Below are positions 19,073 to 27,578 of a DNA stretch of 64,000 nucleotides, one piece after another. Where the stretch lies: NCBI GenBank assembly GCA_030694965.1, contig JAUYTZ010000018.1, forward strand, positions 17,559-81,558, written 5' to 3'. The position numbers were made by a program, and so were the translations under genes. Position 1 is the stretch's first letter, and each line of letters starts with the position of its first letter. The DNA comes from Candidatus Paracaedibacteraceae bacterium (lineage in GTDB: Bacteria > Pseudomonadota > Alphaproteobacteria > Paracaedibacterales > CAIOTO01). The notes beneath the pieces were generated by a model that did not search any database, was not told the origin of the DNA, and saw only the letters and a list, made by a program, of their open reading frames with translations.

Positions 19073-20022
19073 ATGAAAATGTGAAAGACGTAATGGAAAA
19101 TTTAAGTGCTGATTTAATGATAAGCAATGCAAGTCCTAATGCTGCTGATAGACGCTGCGGTTATGCGGCTGTTTTAGGACGTCCAAATGCAGGTAAGTCG
19201 ACGCTTGTTAATAAGATTACAGGCCATAAGGTATCAATTGTTTCGCCAAAAGTGCAAACGACACGCCGCCGTGTGCTTGGAATTCAAATTAAAGACGATG
19301 CGCAAATTATTTTGGTGGATACACCTGGCTTGTTTGTGCCAAAGCGAAGCCTTGAAAAAGCAATTGTGAATGAAGCATGGCAAGCACCAAAAGATGCTGA
19401 TCTTGTTGTGTATATGGTTGATGTGACGGGTAGAAACCATGAAGAAGACCTTGAATTGATCGCGCGTTTGCCAACAAATATCCCGCTCTATATTGTGTTT
19501 AATAAAGTTGATTTGGTTGATAAAGCAAAGCTGTTTACTGTTGCTGAACCTTTCAATAAATTGAATAAAGCAAAAGAATTTTTAATGATTTCTGCGAGTA
19601 AAGGCAGCGGTGTTGATGATCTTGTTGCCAAGATCGTATCAGAACTTCCAAAAGGGCCATGGTTGTTTGATGAAGATCAAATATCAGACGCACCAAAGAA
19701 ATTGTGGGCGTCAGAAATTACGCGTGAACAGCTTTATTTGCAGCTTGAGAATGAATTGCCATATGAAACGTTTGTTGAAACTGAAAAGTATGAAGTGTTT
19801 GATAATGGTTCAGTAAAGATATCGCAAGCAATTGTTGTGGCACGTGACAGCCAAAAGGCAATTGTTGTTGGTAAAAAAGGGCAACGAATTAAAGACATTA
19901 GCATGCGTGCGCGCCATGAAATGGAATATTATTTGCAACAAAAAGTGCATTTATTCTTGTTTGTAAAAGTTGAAGAGCATTGGATGGATAAGCAGCGCTT
20001 TTTGAAAGAACTTTTTTCTTAA
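19069..20022 (+). CDS. era: GTPase Era
   Basis: G1 'GRPNAGKSTLVN', G3 'DTPG', G4 'NKVD', and a C-terminal KH region 'VVGKKGQRIK'. Confidence 0.95.
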   Translation: MNENVKDVMENLSADLMISNASPNAADRRCGYAAVLGRPNAGKSTLVNKITGHKVSIVSPKVQTTRRRVLGIQIKDDAQIILVDTPGLFVPKRSLEKAIVNEAWQAPKDADLVVYMVDVTGRNHEEDLELIARLPTNIPLYIVFNKVDLVDKAKLFTVAEPFNKLNKAKEFLMISASKGSGVDDLVAKIVSELPKGPWLFDEDQISDAPKKLWASEITREQLYLQLENELPYETFVETEKYEVFDNGSVKISQAIVVARDSQKAIVVGKKGQRIKDISMRARHEMEYYLQQKVHLFLFVKVEEHWMDKQRFLKELFS

Positions 20023-20053
20023 GTTGTGATAGAACTGAAATCGAAAAATGCTA

Positions 20054-20092
20054 AGGGTCATTCATTGGGAATGGCTCTTTTTTTATTTTTTT
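20054..20092 (+). terminator. Rho-independent terminator after era
   Basis: 9-bp stem (20054-20062 pairs with 20070-20078, including 2 G-U pairs), 7-nt loop, then tttttttattttttt. Confidence 0.6.
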
Positions 20093-20137
20093 AAATCTGA
20101 TATTGTTCAAAAATAAACATTTTTTTGGAATTAATAT

Positions 20138-21316
20138 ATGAAAACTTTGAACTTTTCAAAACTTAGAATTATTTTATGCATGATGGCGCTTTTAGCTTTT
20201 GGTTTATTTTTTGTGACCAGGAATTTAAACGATACAAGGTATATAACCCCTCCAAACTTAGAAAGCGCACACTTAAGTAAACGCATATTATGCCACCGTC
20301 CTATGAGAACTGGTGCTCCCCAGATGAGTATAGAAATAGAGAAAAATGGAAAGGTTATTCTTCATAATTATGGGCATGGTGGCAGCGGTTGGACACTTGC
20401 GCCAGGTTCTGCTGGTTACGTAAATGGCTTTTTAGAAACCTCAAAAGGTGCTGCTAATTTAGAAAAAACAACGCCTATCACCATTATAGGCGCTGGCGTC
20501 ATAGGCTTTTTTACAGCTTATGATTTAATTAAAAAGGGCTATACAAACATTACTATTGTTGCGGAAAAGTTTGAGAATTTAACGTCTCATAATGCAGGAG
20601 GATTGCTTGCACCCGTTTCAATGGACAATGATCCAAAGATGCAAAAAATCATTACAAAAATAGGAATTGATGCATATAAATTTTACCAATCTATTGCAAA
20701 AGGAAGTCATGAAGACTTTAAGGATGGAGCAGTCATTGTTCCAGCTTATTTTGAAAAAAGAGAAGATTCTGGGTTAGAGCCTTATGTTGGGGTTGTGATG
20801 CAATCTGCAAAAGATGTCGTGCTGGACTTTAAAAATGGAACCAAGCGAAATATGGTAGCCTATGATGATGGTATTTTTATTGATACAACTAAAATGATGG
20901 CGAGACTAAGTAAATTTTTAAAAAATAAAAAAGTTAAGTTTAAAAATAAAAAAATAACATCATTTCATGAAATTGAAAGTAAGTTTATTATCAATTGCAG
21001 CGGTATGGGGTCGGCTTCCTTAAAGAACGACCATAAGATGATTTCTGTTCAAGGGCATTTAATTATGCTGAAGAATCAAATTCCTGAAAACTTGCAACAC
21101 ATGATTTTAGTTTATTATGGCCATCACACTACTAAGTCTGGTCATGCAGTTAAGCGTTCGTTTTACATGTTTCCAAAGCACTTAGAAGGTACTAGCGAGA
21201 ATGATGTTGGCGTTATTGGTGGCACTTTTATTGAAAATGCAACCGTTGATACACCTAATGAAGAAGAATTTAATATTATGATTGAAGGCGCTAAACGCTT
21301 TTATGGGATGCTTTAA
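20138..21316 (+). CDS. FAD-dependent oxidoreductase of the D-amino-acid-oxidase family with permuted motif order
   Basis: N-terminal TM segment. 'CHRPMRTG...VILHNYGHGGSGWTLAPGSA' at aa 52-92 corresponds to the C-terminal signature of DAAO. The Rossmann motif 'TIIGAGVIGFFTAYDL' comes after it, at aa 115-130. 'INCSGMGS' and 'VIGGTFIEN..VDTPNEEEFNIMIEGAKRF' lie at the C-terminus. Confidence 0.7.
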   Translation: MKTLNFSKLRIILCMMALLAFGLFFVTRNLNDTRYITPPNLESAHLSKRILCHRPMRTGAPQMSIEIEKNGKVILHNYGHGGSGWTLAPGSAGYVNGFLETSKGAANLEKTTPITIIGAGVIGFFTAYDLIKKGYTNITIVAEKFENLTSHNAGGLLAPVSMDNDPKMQKIITKIGIDAYKFYQSIAKGSHEDFKDGAVIVPAYFEKREDSGLEPYVGVVMQSAKDVVLDFKNGTKRNMVAYDDGIFIDTTKMMARLSKFLKNKKVKFKNKKITSFHEIESKFIINCSGMGSASLKNDHKMISVQGHLIMLKNQIPENLQHMILVYYGHHTTKSGHAVKRSFYMFPKHLEGTSENDVGVIGGTFIENATVDTPNEEEFNIMIEGAKRFYGML

Positions 21317-21470
21317 TTTGGTGAAGTATTACCTGCGTTAAGCAGTAAATGCTATCACTTAAAACAAGTCTTCTGATTTTTAAACTTGTTTTGTTATCAA
21401 ATATTATTTTGATTATTTGTGAGCGTGAAGGAAGAACAGAAAAAGCTCTTCCTTCATTAGTTAACTTGTT

Positions 21471-24400
21471 TTATGAATCTAAAAAACGACGTAGCCAATT
21501 TTTAGATTTTTTTGGCTCATCCTTCTTTTTAGGTGTGGTCGCATTAGGCCCTGATTCTGATGTTTCGATTTTACGATTTTCATGCTGGGGACGTACTGTT
21601 TTTTCAATCACAGTTGTGTTTTTTGTGGGAAACGTGCCAGCGACCATTTGGCCATCAAGAAGCCTTGGCTCAATCAGCTTAGGTTCAAAAATTTTCTTTT
21701 CGACTATGCTTGGCTCAGTTGAAACGTGCAAACCTTTATTGTGCTGGCGGCGTTGGTACGGATGACGACGACCACGCGTGTTTTTTTGTTTACGTTCGTT
21801 CTTTTCACCTGCATCTTGAGTACTATCATCTGTCTGAACAGTGTCGGATTCAGAAAGAGTTGCGTCGGATTGAATCCTTTCTGATTTTACATGGTGCTGT
21901 TTTGAATGATGCCTGCGTTCTTGATGTTCAGCTTTTAACGGAACTTCATTTTCAACAGCTGCATTATTTATTTCATCTGCACCTTCAGAGATCGTTTCGT
22001 TTAACGTGCCTTCTTGCGTAGCACGTCGATTATTGCGTCTACGGCGGTTATTATTACGACGAGATTTGCGTTTTGCTGCACTTAACGTATCTTCGTTTGT
22101 TTCTTCAGTTTCTGTTGTTGGTTCGATTTCATCATCACTATCTGTGTTTGATTGCAAATCAGCTGACGATGCAATTTTAAAACTTGAATCAGCTACAATT
22201 TTAAGTGTGCGCGGCCGCTCTGATTGAACCTCAATTGTGAAATTTGGCGACATCATTGAGTGTGTTGATGTGATATGGATGCTTACACCATAGCGTTCTT
22301 CAATAGCAACGATTGCATTACGTTTTTGGTTGAGCAAAAATAGATCGACGCCCAATGGAACCGTAACAAGAATTTCGTATGCATTTCCTGAGATAATCGT
22401 ACGTTCAAGTTCACGTAGTGTTTGTAGTGCGAGAGAATCAACAGATCGTACAAGTCCTGAGCCAAGGCAATGCGGACATGTAACGGAATGGCTTTCCAAA
22501 AGACTTGGACGTAAGCGTTGACGCGAGAGTTCAAGCAAACCAAATTGACTGATGCGACCTACTTGAATACGTGCGCGATCTGATTTAAGTGCGTCGCGTA
22601 CTTTGCGTTCGACGCTTGCAATATTTGCGCTATCATGCATGTCGATAAAATCGATTACCACGATACCACCGATGTCACGAAGTCGTAATTGTCGGCCTAC
22701 TTCAGCGGCAGCTTCTAAGTTTGTTTTAAGAGCCGTGTCATCGATGTTTCGTTCACGTGTTGATTTACCTGAGTTAACGTCAATAGCCACAAGTGCTTCT
22801 GTGTGATTAATTACAATGGAGCCGCCCGATGGTAGCGTCACAACCGGTTGATGCATTTTTTCAATTTGTTCTTCAACTGAAAAACGATGAAAGATTGGCT
22901 GTAGTGAATCTTTGTAGAGCTTTACTTTCTTCGCATGGCTTGGAATTAGGCTTTTCATAAAGTTTTTAGCGACTTTATAAGATTCTTCACCTTCGATTAG
23001 AACTTCTTCGACATCACGGTCGTAAATATCACGAATAGCTCGTTTGATTAAATCACCTTCAGCGTAAACGAGTTCTGGTGCAGATGAGATGATTGTTTTT
23101 TCACGAATGTCATCCCATACACGAAGTAGGTATTCATAGTCGCGTCTAATTTCAGATTTGTTACGCTCTTGTCCCGCAGTCCTAACGATAAGCGACATGC
23201 CTTCAGGAATTTCAAATTCTTTCATGAGGCTGCGTAAACGACGGCGATCGTCATTGTCGCTGATTTTGCGTGAGACGCCGCCAATGCGATGTCCACTGTT
23301 TGGCATTAATACGCAGTAACGACCAGGCAGTGATAAGTACGATGTTAATGAAGCGCCTTTGTTGCCGCGTTCTTCTTTAACTACTTGTACCAACATGATT
23401 TGTCGGCGTTTAATAACTTCTTGGATTTTGTAACGGTAGCGTAAGTTGCGTTTTTCATTGCTTTCAATAAAAGATGCATTTTCGATATCGTCAGTGCCGA
23501 TCGTGTCTTCACCGCCAATTTCGCTAACAAATTCGTTTTGTTCGTCAGATATTGCTTGTTCATCAAGCACTTCTTGTTCGTCAGATACTGCATTTTCAAC
23601 CATAGCTTCAGTTGAAAGGTCAGTTATCGCCGACACTTCTTTAGTGATTTCTGGTGTGAAGGTTTCAGCTGTTTCAGTAACTGCATTTGTTGTATTTAAA
23701 TCAATTGTTGCTGTTACATCCGCTTCAACTGATGGTTCTAGTAGCGCCGGCGTAGTTTCAGTCACGTCTTCTGGTTCAGCTTTTGCTTTTTTTGTATGAA
23801 CTGTTTTTGAAATACGTTTGATTTTTATTCCTGTAGATTCCGCCATTGTTTTTTTAGCGCCAGCCTTTTTTTTGCCATCAACACGCTTTGTTGTTTCTGC
23901 TTGCTGTTCATTTTCAACGAGTGCTGCTTGTTCAGATTCTAGGTCAGGTGCAGGTGTTGTCTCTGACGGAGTTCTTTCTAACGAGATTGCTTCAGGTGCG
24001 ATGACTGCTTTATCTGCAGCAACTTCTGCAGATTTGGCTTTAGCAGGTTTAACTTTATTTTCTTTGCTAGGTTCTGCATCTTGAATAAGTTCATTATTTT
24101 CTGCAATTCCATTATTTGCATTCTCAGTATCTTGGTTATCTGTGCTTGTATCGCTATCCTCTGCATCATCGTTACTGCTTATATCAGGTTGCGCTTCATT
24201 TTCAAGGGCCATGCTTTCGACAAGACTCTGCCGGTCGGCAACCGGAATGCGATAGTAATCAGGATGAATTTCGGCAAACGGCAAAAATCCATGCCGTCCG
24301 TTGTTGTATTCCACAAAAGCTGCTTGCAAGGAGGGCTCTACGCGCACAACTCTTGCTAAGTATATGTTGCCTTTAGTTAACTTTTTATTGGCTGTTTCAG

Positions 24401-24488
24401 AATCAAATTCTTCCAGCGAATTGTTACTAACGACCGCGACGCGCACCTCTTCATTGTGGGTGGCATCGATAAGAAGACGCTTAACCAT
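21471..24488 (-). CDS. rne: Ribonuclease E
   Basis: 'MVKRLLIDATHNEEVRVAVV', S1 region 'GNIYLARVVRVEPSLQAAFVEY', 'VKEERGNKGASLTSYLSLPGRYCVLMP', 'VAIDVNSGK', the Zn-link 'CPHCLGSG', and an Arg-rich C-terminal tail. Confidence 0.95.
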   Translation of the reverse strand: MVKRLLIDATHNEEVRVAVVSNNSLEEFDSETANKKLTKGNIYLARVVRVEPSLQAAFVEYNNGRHGFLPFAEIHPDYYRIPVADRQSLVESMALENEAQPDISSNDDAEDSDTSTDNQDTENANNGIAENNELIQDAEPSKENKVKPAKAKSAEVAADKAVIAPEAISLERTPSETTPAPDLESEQAALVENEQQAETTKRVDGKKKAGAKKTMAESTGIKIKRISKTVHTKKAKAEPEDVTETTPALLEPSVEADVTATIDLNTTNAVTETAETFTPEITKEVSAITDLSTEAMVENAVSDEQEVLDEQAISDEQNEFVSEIGGEDTIGTDDIENASFIESNEKRNLRYRYKIQEVIKRRQIMLVQVVKEERGNKGASLTSYLSLPGRYCVLMPNSGHRIGGVSRKISDNDDRRRLRSLMKEFEIPEGMSLIVRTAGQERNKSEIRRDYEYLLRVWDDIREKTIISSAPELVYAEGDLIKRAIRDIYDRDVEEVLIEGEESYKVAKNFMKSLIPSHAKKVKLYKDSLQPIFHRFSVEEQIEKMHQPVVTLPSGGSIVINHTEALVAIDVNSGKSTRERNIDDTALKTNLEAAAEVGRQLRLRDIGGIVVIDFIDMHDSANIASVERKVRDALKSDRARIQVGRISQFGLLELSRQRLRPSLLESHSVTCPHCLGSGLVRSVDSLALQTLRELERTIISGNAYEILVTVPLGVDLFLLNQKRNAIVAIEERYGVSIHITSTHSMMSPNFTIEVQSERPRTLKIVADSSFKIASSADLQSNTDSDDEIEPTTETEETNEDTLSAAKRKSRRNNNRRRRNNRRATQEGTLNETISEGADEINNAAVENEVPLKAEHQERRHHSKQHHVKSERIQSDATLSESDTVQTDDSTQDAGEKNERKQKNTRGRRHPYQRRQHNKGLHVSTEPSIVEKKIFEPKLIEPRLLDGQMVAGTFPTKNTTVIEKTVRPQHENRKIETSESGPNATTPKKKDEPKKSKNWLRRFLDS

Positions 24489-24830
24489 TGTCTTAAAAAC
24501 TCCCTAAACACCAGGGCATGCAAACAGGTCGTATTAATATTCATTTTATCTGAAATCATGACTCTGAAAGACGCTCCTAGGTTGTAATTGTTATATGTAA
24601 ATTTATGTGTGTATGTCTGTAAGCGACGACCAAAAACCATCTAATTGATTATTATCATTTCAAGACGATATATGTGTCATTTACAAAAAATGTCTACTTT
24701 TTAACTGTAATGCAAATAGTCTAAGGTTGCAATTCAAACCTTTTGTAAAGTTTAAAAAGGCTATTTTAAATTACTAAAAATTGTTTTGTTGCTTAAAAGC
24801 ATTCTTATTATAATAATTTGAATTATGCCA

Positions 24831-25427
24831 CTAAAGAGAAAGCTGATACCGTTGTATCAAGTTTTTCAAAGATTTGGCACGATGACTAATTTTATTTTTA
24901 ATAATCGGTCCTAATTCAGCCATTGTTTTGTCATACCCATTTGGTATAAAAACGGGGTCAAAACCAAATCCATTTGTGCCTCGCGCTGGAAAGGAAATAA
25001 TACCCCATTCATTGTCTTCAGATGATAATAATTTATCTTCAATCGGGCAGTATAATGCCATTGCCGTTTGAAAGTAGGCTTTCTTATTTTGATGATCCAT
25101 TAACATGCGTTCTAGTTCTGCATAGGCAGATTCGTATCCGCCAAATTCAAGCATAAAATCTTTTGTTTTGATACCAGGAAATCCATTAAGCGCTTCAATG
25201 CAAAGACCAGAATCATCTGATAATGTCAACTGGTTTAATGCTTTGCCGTAGTATTTAGCTTTGTGGGTCGCATTTGATAGGAAGTCATCATAAGGTTCAT
25301 CTGGTTCAGGAATATTATAGTTTGAAATCGATTGAACTTCGAATTGTTCAAAATTGAGTTCTTTTATTATTTGAATGATTTCAGCAATTTTTCCAGCATT
25401 TGTTGAGGCGATAATTAGTTTTTTCAT
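24831..25427 (-). CDS. rdgB: Non-canonical purine NTP pyrophosphatase (RdgB/Ham1)
   Basis: 'LIIASTNAGKIAEI' and 'GTNGFGFDPVFIP.GYDKTMAEL....KNKISHRAKSL'. Confidence 0.9.
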   Translation of the reverse strand: MKKLIIASTNAGKIAEIIQIIKELNFEQFEVQSISNYNIPEPDEPYDDFLSNATHKAKYYGKALNQLTLSDDSGLCIEALNGFPGIKTKDFMLEFGGYESAYAELERMLMDHQNKKAYFQTAMALYCPIEDKLLSSEDNEWGIISFPARGTNGFGFDPVFIPNGYDKTMAELGPIIKNKISHRAKSLKNLIQRYQLSL

Positions 25428-25509
25428 AAAAACATTCTTTATTATTTATGTTATTTGGTAAAATAGCATGTCATCTGACTTTTTTAATAGCATAATGTAA
25501 AAAATTTTA

Positions 25510-26148
25510 TTAGTCATCCTTGCTATCTGTTTCGATGTTTGGCTTATTTTCTTCGCCTTTGTTTTCGTTATATCCTTCTGTATCCTCGTCATCTGTTTCG
25601 GTGTCTTGCTCTAAATAAAGTTCATATTCAAGACCTTGTTGTATGTGTAAAGCCTGGTTTTCTAATTTTTTCATTTCGGGTTTTATATAGATTTCAAAGC
25701 CTTCATTGCTAATGAATTTAAGGGCTTTTTCTATGTTTTCTTTGATTTCTGAATCAAAATGTAATTCATCTATCCCACACGCTTTAATCCCGTCTATTAA
25801 ATAAAAACGATATGCTTTAAGCACTTTTTTTATTGGGTTTTCTGAATGAATACCCCGCAGCATTAAGATTTTAGTGATTTGTTGTAAACGCTTTGGGTTC
25901 GAAAAATTAAGATTATTAATAAACTTAATACTAAGTCGTTTTGATTCTATAAACGTATAATTTGGGTTGATGCCGGAATGATCATGACGAAGAATAGCTG
26001 CCGCATGTTGGCTGATATAATCATCGTCGCAAGTAGTTTCTTCATTTAAATCGCCTTTTGTTGCGCTTGAACTGGCAGCAAGCGGTGCTTCCTTAGCATT
26101 TAATAAGGTGGCAAAAATAATAATTAACAGTAATGTATTCTTGATCAT
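25510..26148 (-). CDS. Secreted protein with an acidic C-terminal tail, unknown function
   Basis: Signal peptide 'MIKNTLLLIIIFATLLNAKEA'. The C-terminus reads 'EQDTETDDEDTEGYNENKGEE'. No family recognised. Confidence 0.55.
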   Translation of the reverse strand: MIKNTLLLIIIFATLLNAKEAPLAASSSATKGDLNEETTCDDDYISQHAAAILRHDHSGINPNYTFIESKRLSIKFINNLNFSNPKRLQQITKILMLRGIHSENPIKKVLKAYRFYLIDGIKACGIDELHFDSEIKENIEKALKFISNEGFEIYIKPEMKKLENQALHIQQGLEYELYLEQDTETDDEDTEGYNENKGEENKPNIETDSKDD

Positions 26149-26302
26149 ATGATTACATTCGCTTGAGCGCTGGTCGTAGCATAAGCTTACATTGAAAAGT
26201 GTTAACAGATTTTTAATTATTGCATGAAAAACATTTCGATTTCACATAAAATAGGGCATGATAAGCGATAAAATTACACACAATAAAGATAAGGAAATAC
26301 TC

Positions 26303-27400
26303 ATGGGGTTTAATTGCGGCATCGTTGGCTTGCCAAACGTAGGAAAATCAACTCTTTTTAATGCGCTTACCGCAACAGCGGCTGCAGAAGCAGCAAATTA
26401 TCCATTTTGCACAATTGAACCAAATACAGGCCGTATTGGCGTGCCTGATGATCGTCTTGATAAGATTGTTGAAATTTCCAAATCTGCTAAAATTATACCA
26501 ACTCAACTTGAAATTGTTGATATTGCAGGTCTTGTCCGTGGTGCCAGCAAAGGCGAAGGACTGGGTAACCAATTTTTAGGTCATATTCGTTCCGTTGATG
26601 CTATTTTTCATGTGCTTCGGTGTTTTGAAGACGATGATATTACGCACGTTGATGGTACTGTAAATCCTTTGCGTGATCTTACAACTATTGAAATGGAATT
26701 AATGATCGCTGATATGGAAAGCCTGGAGCGCCGAATTAATGGTCTTGAAAAGCGTGCGCGTAGTAATGACGTTGAGGCGAAGGCGACACTTGAACTTGTG
26801 AAAAAAGTATTACCTGTATTACAAGAAGGCAAACCTGCATCGTCCATTAAATTACAAAAAGATGAAGAATTTCTTTTTGCACAGCTGCAATTGTTGACTA
26901 GTAAACCTATTTTATATGTGTGTAATGTGTCTGAGTCAGAGGCTGAAACAGGCAATGCGTTCACAAAAGAAGTTTTTGATTATGCGGCAAAAATTGGCGC
27001 GAAAGCTGTTGTTATTTCTGCGTCAATTGAATCTGAAGTCGCGCAATTGCCATTAGCAGAACAAGCTGAATTTTTGGAAAGCTTAGGTTTAAAAGAAACA
27101 GGTTTAAAGCGCATTATCCGTGAAGGATATTCATTGCTTGGATTGCTTACATTTTTTACTGTTGGTCCTAAAGAAGCGCGTGCGTGGACGATCACAAAGG
27201 GTATGAAAGCTCCACAAGCAGCGGGTGTCATCCATACAGATTTCGAGCGTGGATTCATTTGTGCTGAAACGATGAGTTATGACGATTTTATTGAATGCAA
27301 TGGTGAATCAAATGCGCGTGCAGCGGGTAAACTACGTCAAGAAGGTCGTGAGTATATTGCAAAAGACGGTGATATATTTAACTTTAGGTTTAATGTTTAG
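26303..27400 (+). CDS. ychF: Redox-regulated ATPase YchF
   Basis: 'MGFNCGIVGLPNVGKSTLFNALT' with 'AAGGA' 7 nt upstream of the ATG at 26303. The 15 extra track codons starting at 26258 are not typical of YchF. C-terminal 'HTDFERGFI.AE'. Confidence 0.95.
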   Translation: MGFNCGIVGLPNVGKSTLFNALTATAAAEAANYPFCTIEPNTGRIGVPDDRLDKIVEISKSAKIIPTQLEIVDIAGLVRGASKGEGLGNQFLGHIRSVDAIFHVLRCFEDDDITHVDGTVNPLRDLTTIEMELMIADMESLERRINGLEKRARSNDVEAKATLELVKKVLPVLQEGKPASSIKLQKDEEFLFAQLQLLTSKPILYVCNVSESEAETGNAFTKEVFDYAAKIGAKAVVISASIESEVAQLPLAEQAEFLESLGLKETGLKRIIREGYSLLGLLTFFTVGPKEARAWTITKGMKAPQAAGVIHTDFERGFICAETMSYDDFIECNGESNARAAGKLRQEGREYIAKDGDIFNFRFNV

Positions 27401-27449
27401 ATAAACTAATTTTTTGCTCATTAAACTGAACTTTTTGTTTCTTTTATCT

Positions 27450-27501
27450 AAATCACCGTGTCAAGCACGGTGATTTAGATCCTCGGATCAAGTCCGAGGA
27501 T
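27450..27501. repeat. Two adjacent hairpins sharing a TCAAG loop, between convergent ychF and surA
   Basis: The first hairpin is aaatcaccgtg-TCAAG-cacggtgattt (27450-27476), a perfect 11-bp stem. The second is (at)cctcgga-TCAAG-tccgagg(at) (27479-27501), with a 9-bp stem. Together they may act as a bidirectional terminator. Confidence 0.75.
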
Positions 27502-27564
27502 GACAAAACAGAAGGCCAGAATGTGACAAAATAGAAAGACCGAGGATGACAAAAAGAGTCCGAA
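27496..27564 (+). repeat. Three tandem 23-bp units (GAGGATGACAAAA-N10)
   Basis: gaggatgacaaaacagaaggcca / gaatgtgacaaaatagaaagacc / gaggatgacaaaaagagtccgaa. Units 1 and 3 share an identical 13-mer exactly 46 bp apart. Confidence 0.8.
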
Positions 27565-27578
27565 GGTAGCCTTGAAGG

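Noticed and set aside
21349-24507. Numerous plus-strand track ORFs (for example 21349..21765, 23446..23799, 24081..24359) lying inside rne
   Set aside because: All are antisense to a full-length, motif-rich RNase E gene. Their products are low-complexity mirror images of the acidic or Arg-rich regions, and none has an RBS.
26258-26302. N-terminal extensions in the longest-ORF track for ychF. The same applies to surA (28899..29015), lptD (31250..31285), GT9 (59039..59083), DUF2155 (59606..59674) and ftsH (48109..48162).
   Set aside because: Internal starts give canonical N-termini or signal peptides and have better RBS spacing. The extensions overlap neighbouring genes or lack any conservation pattern.
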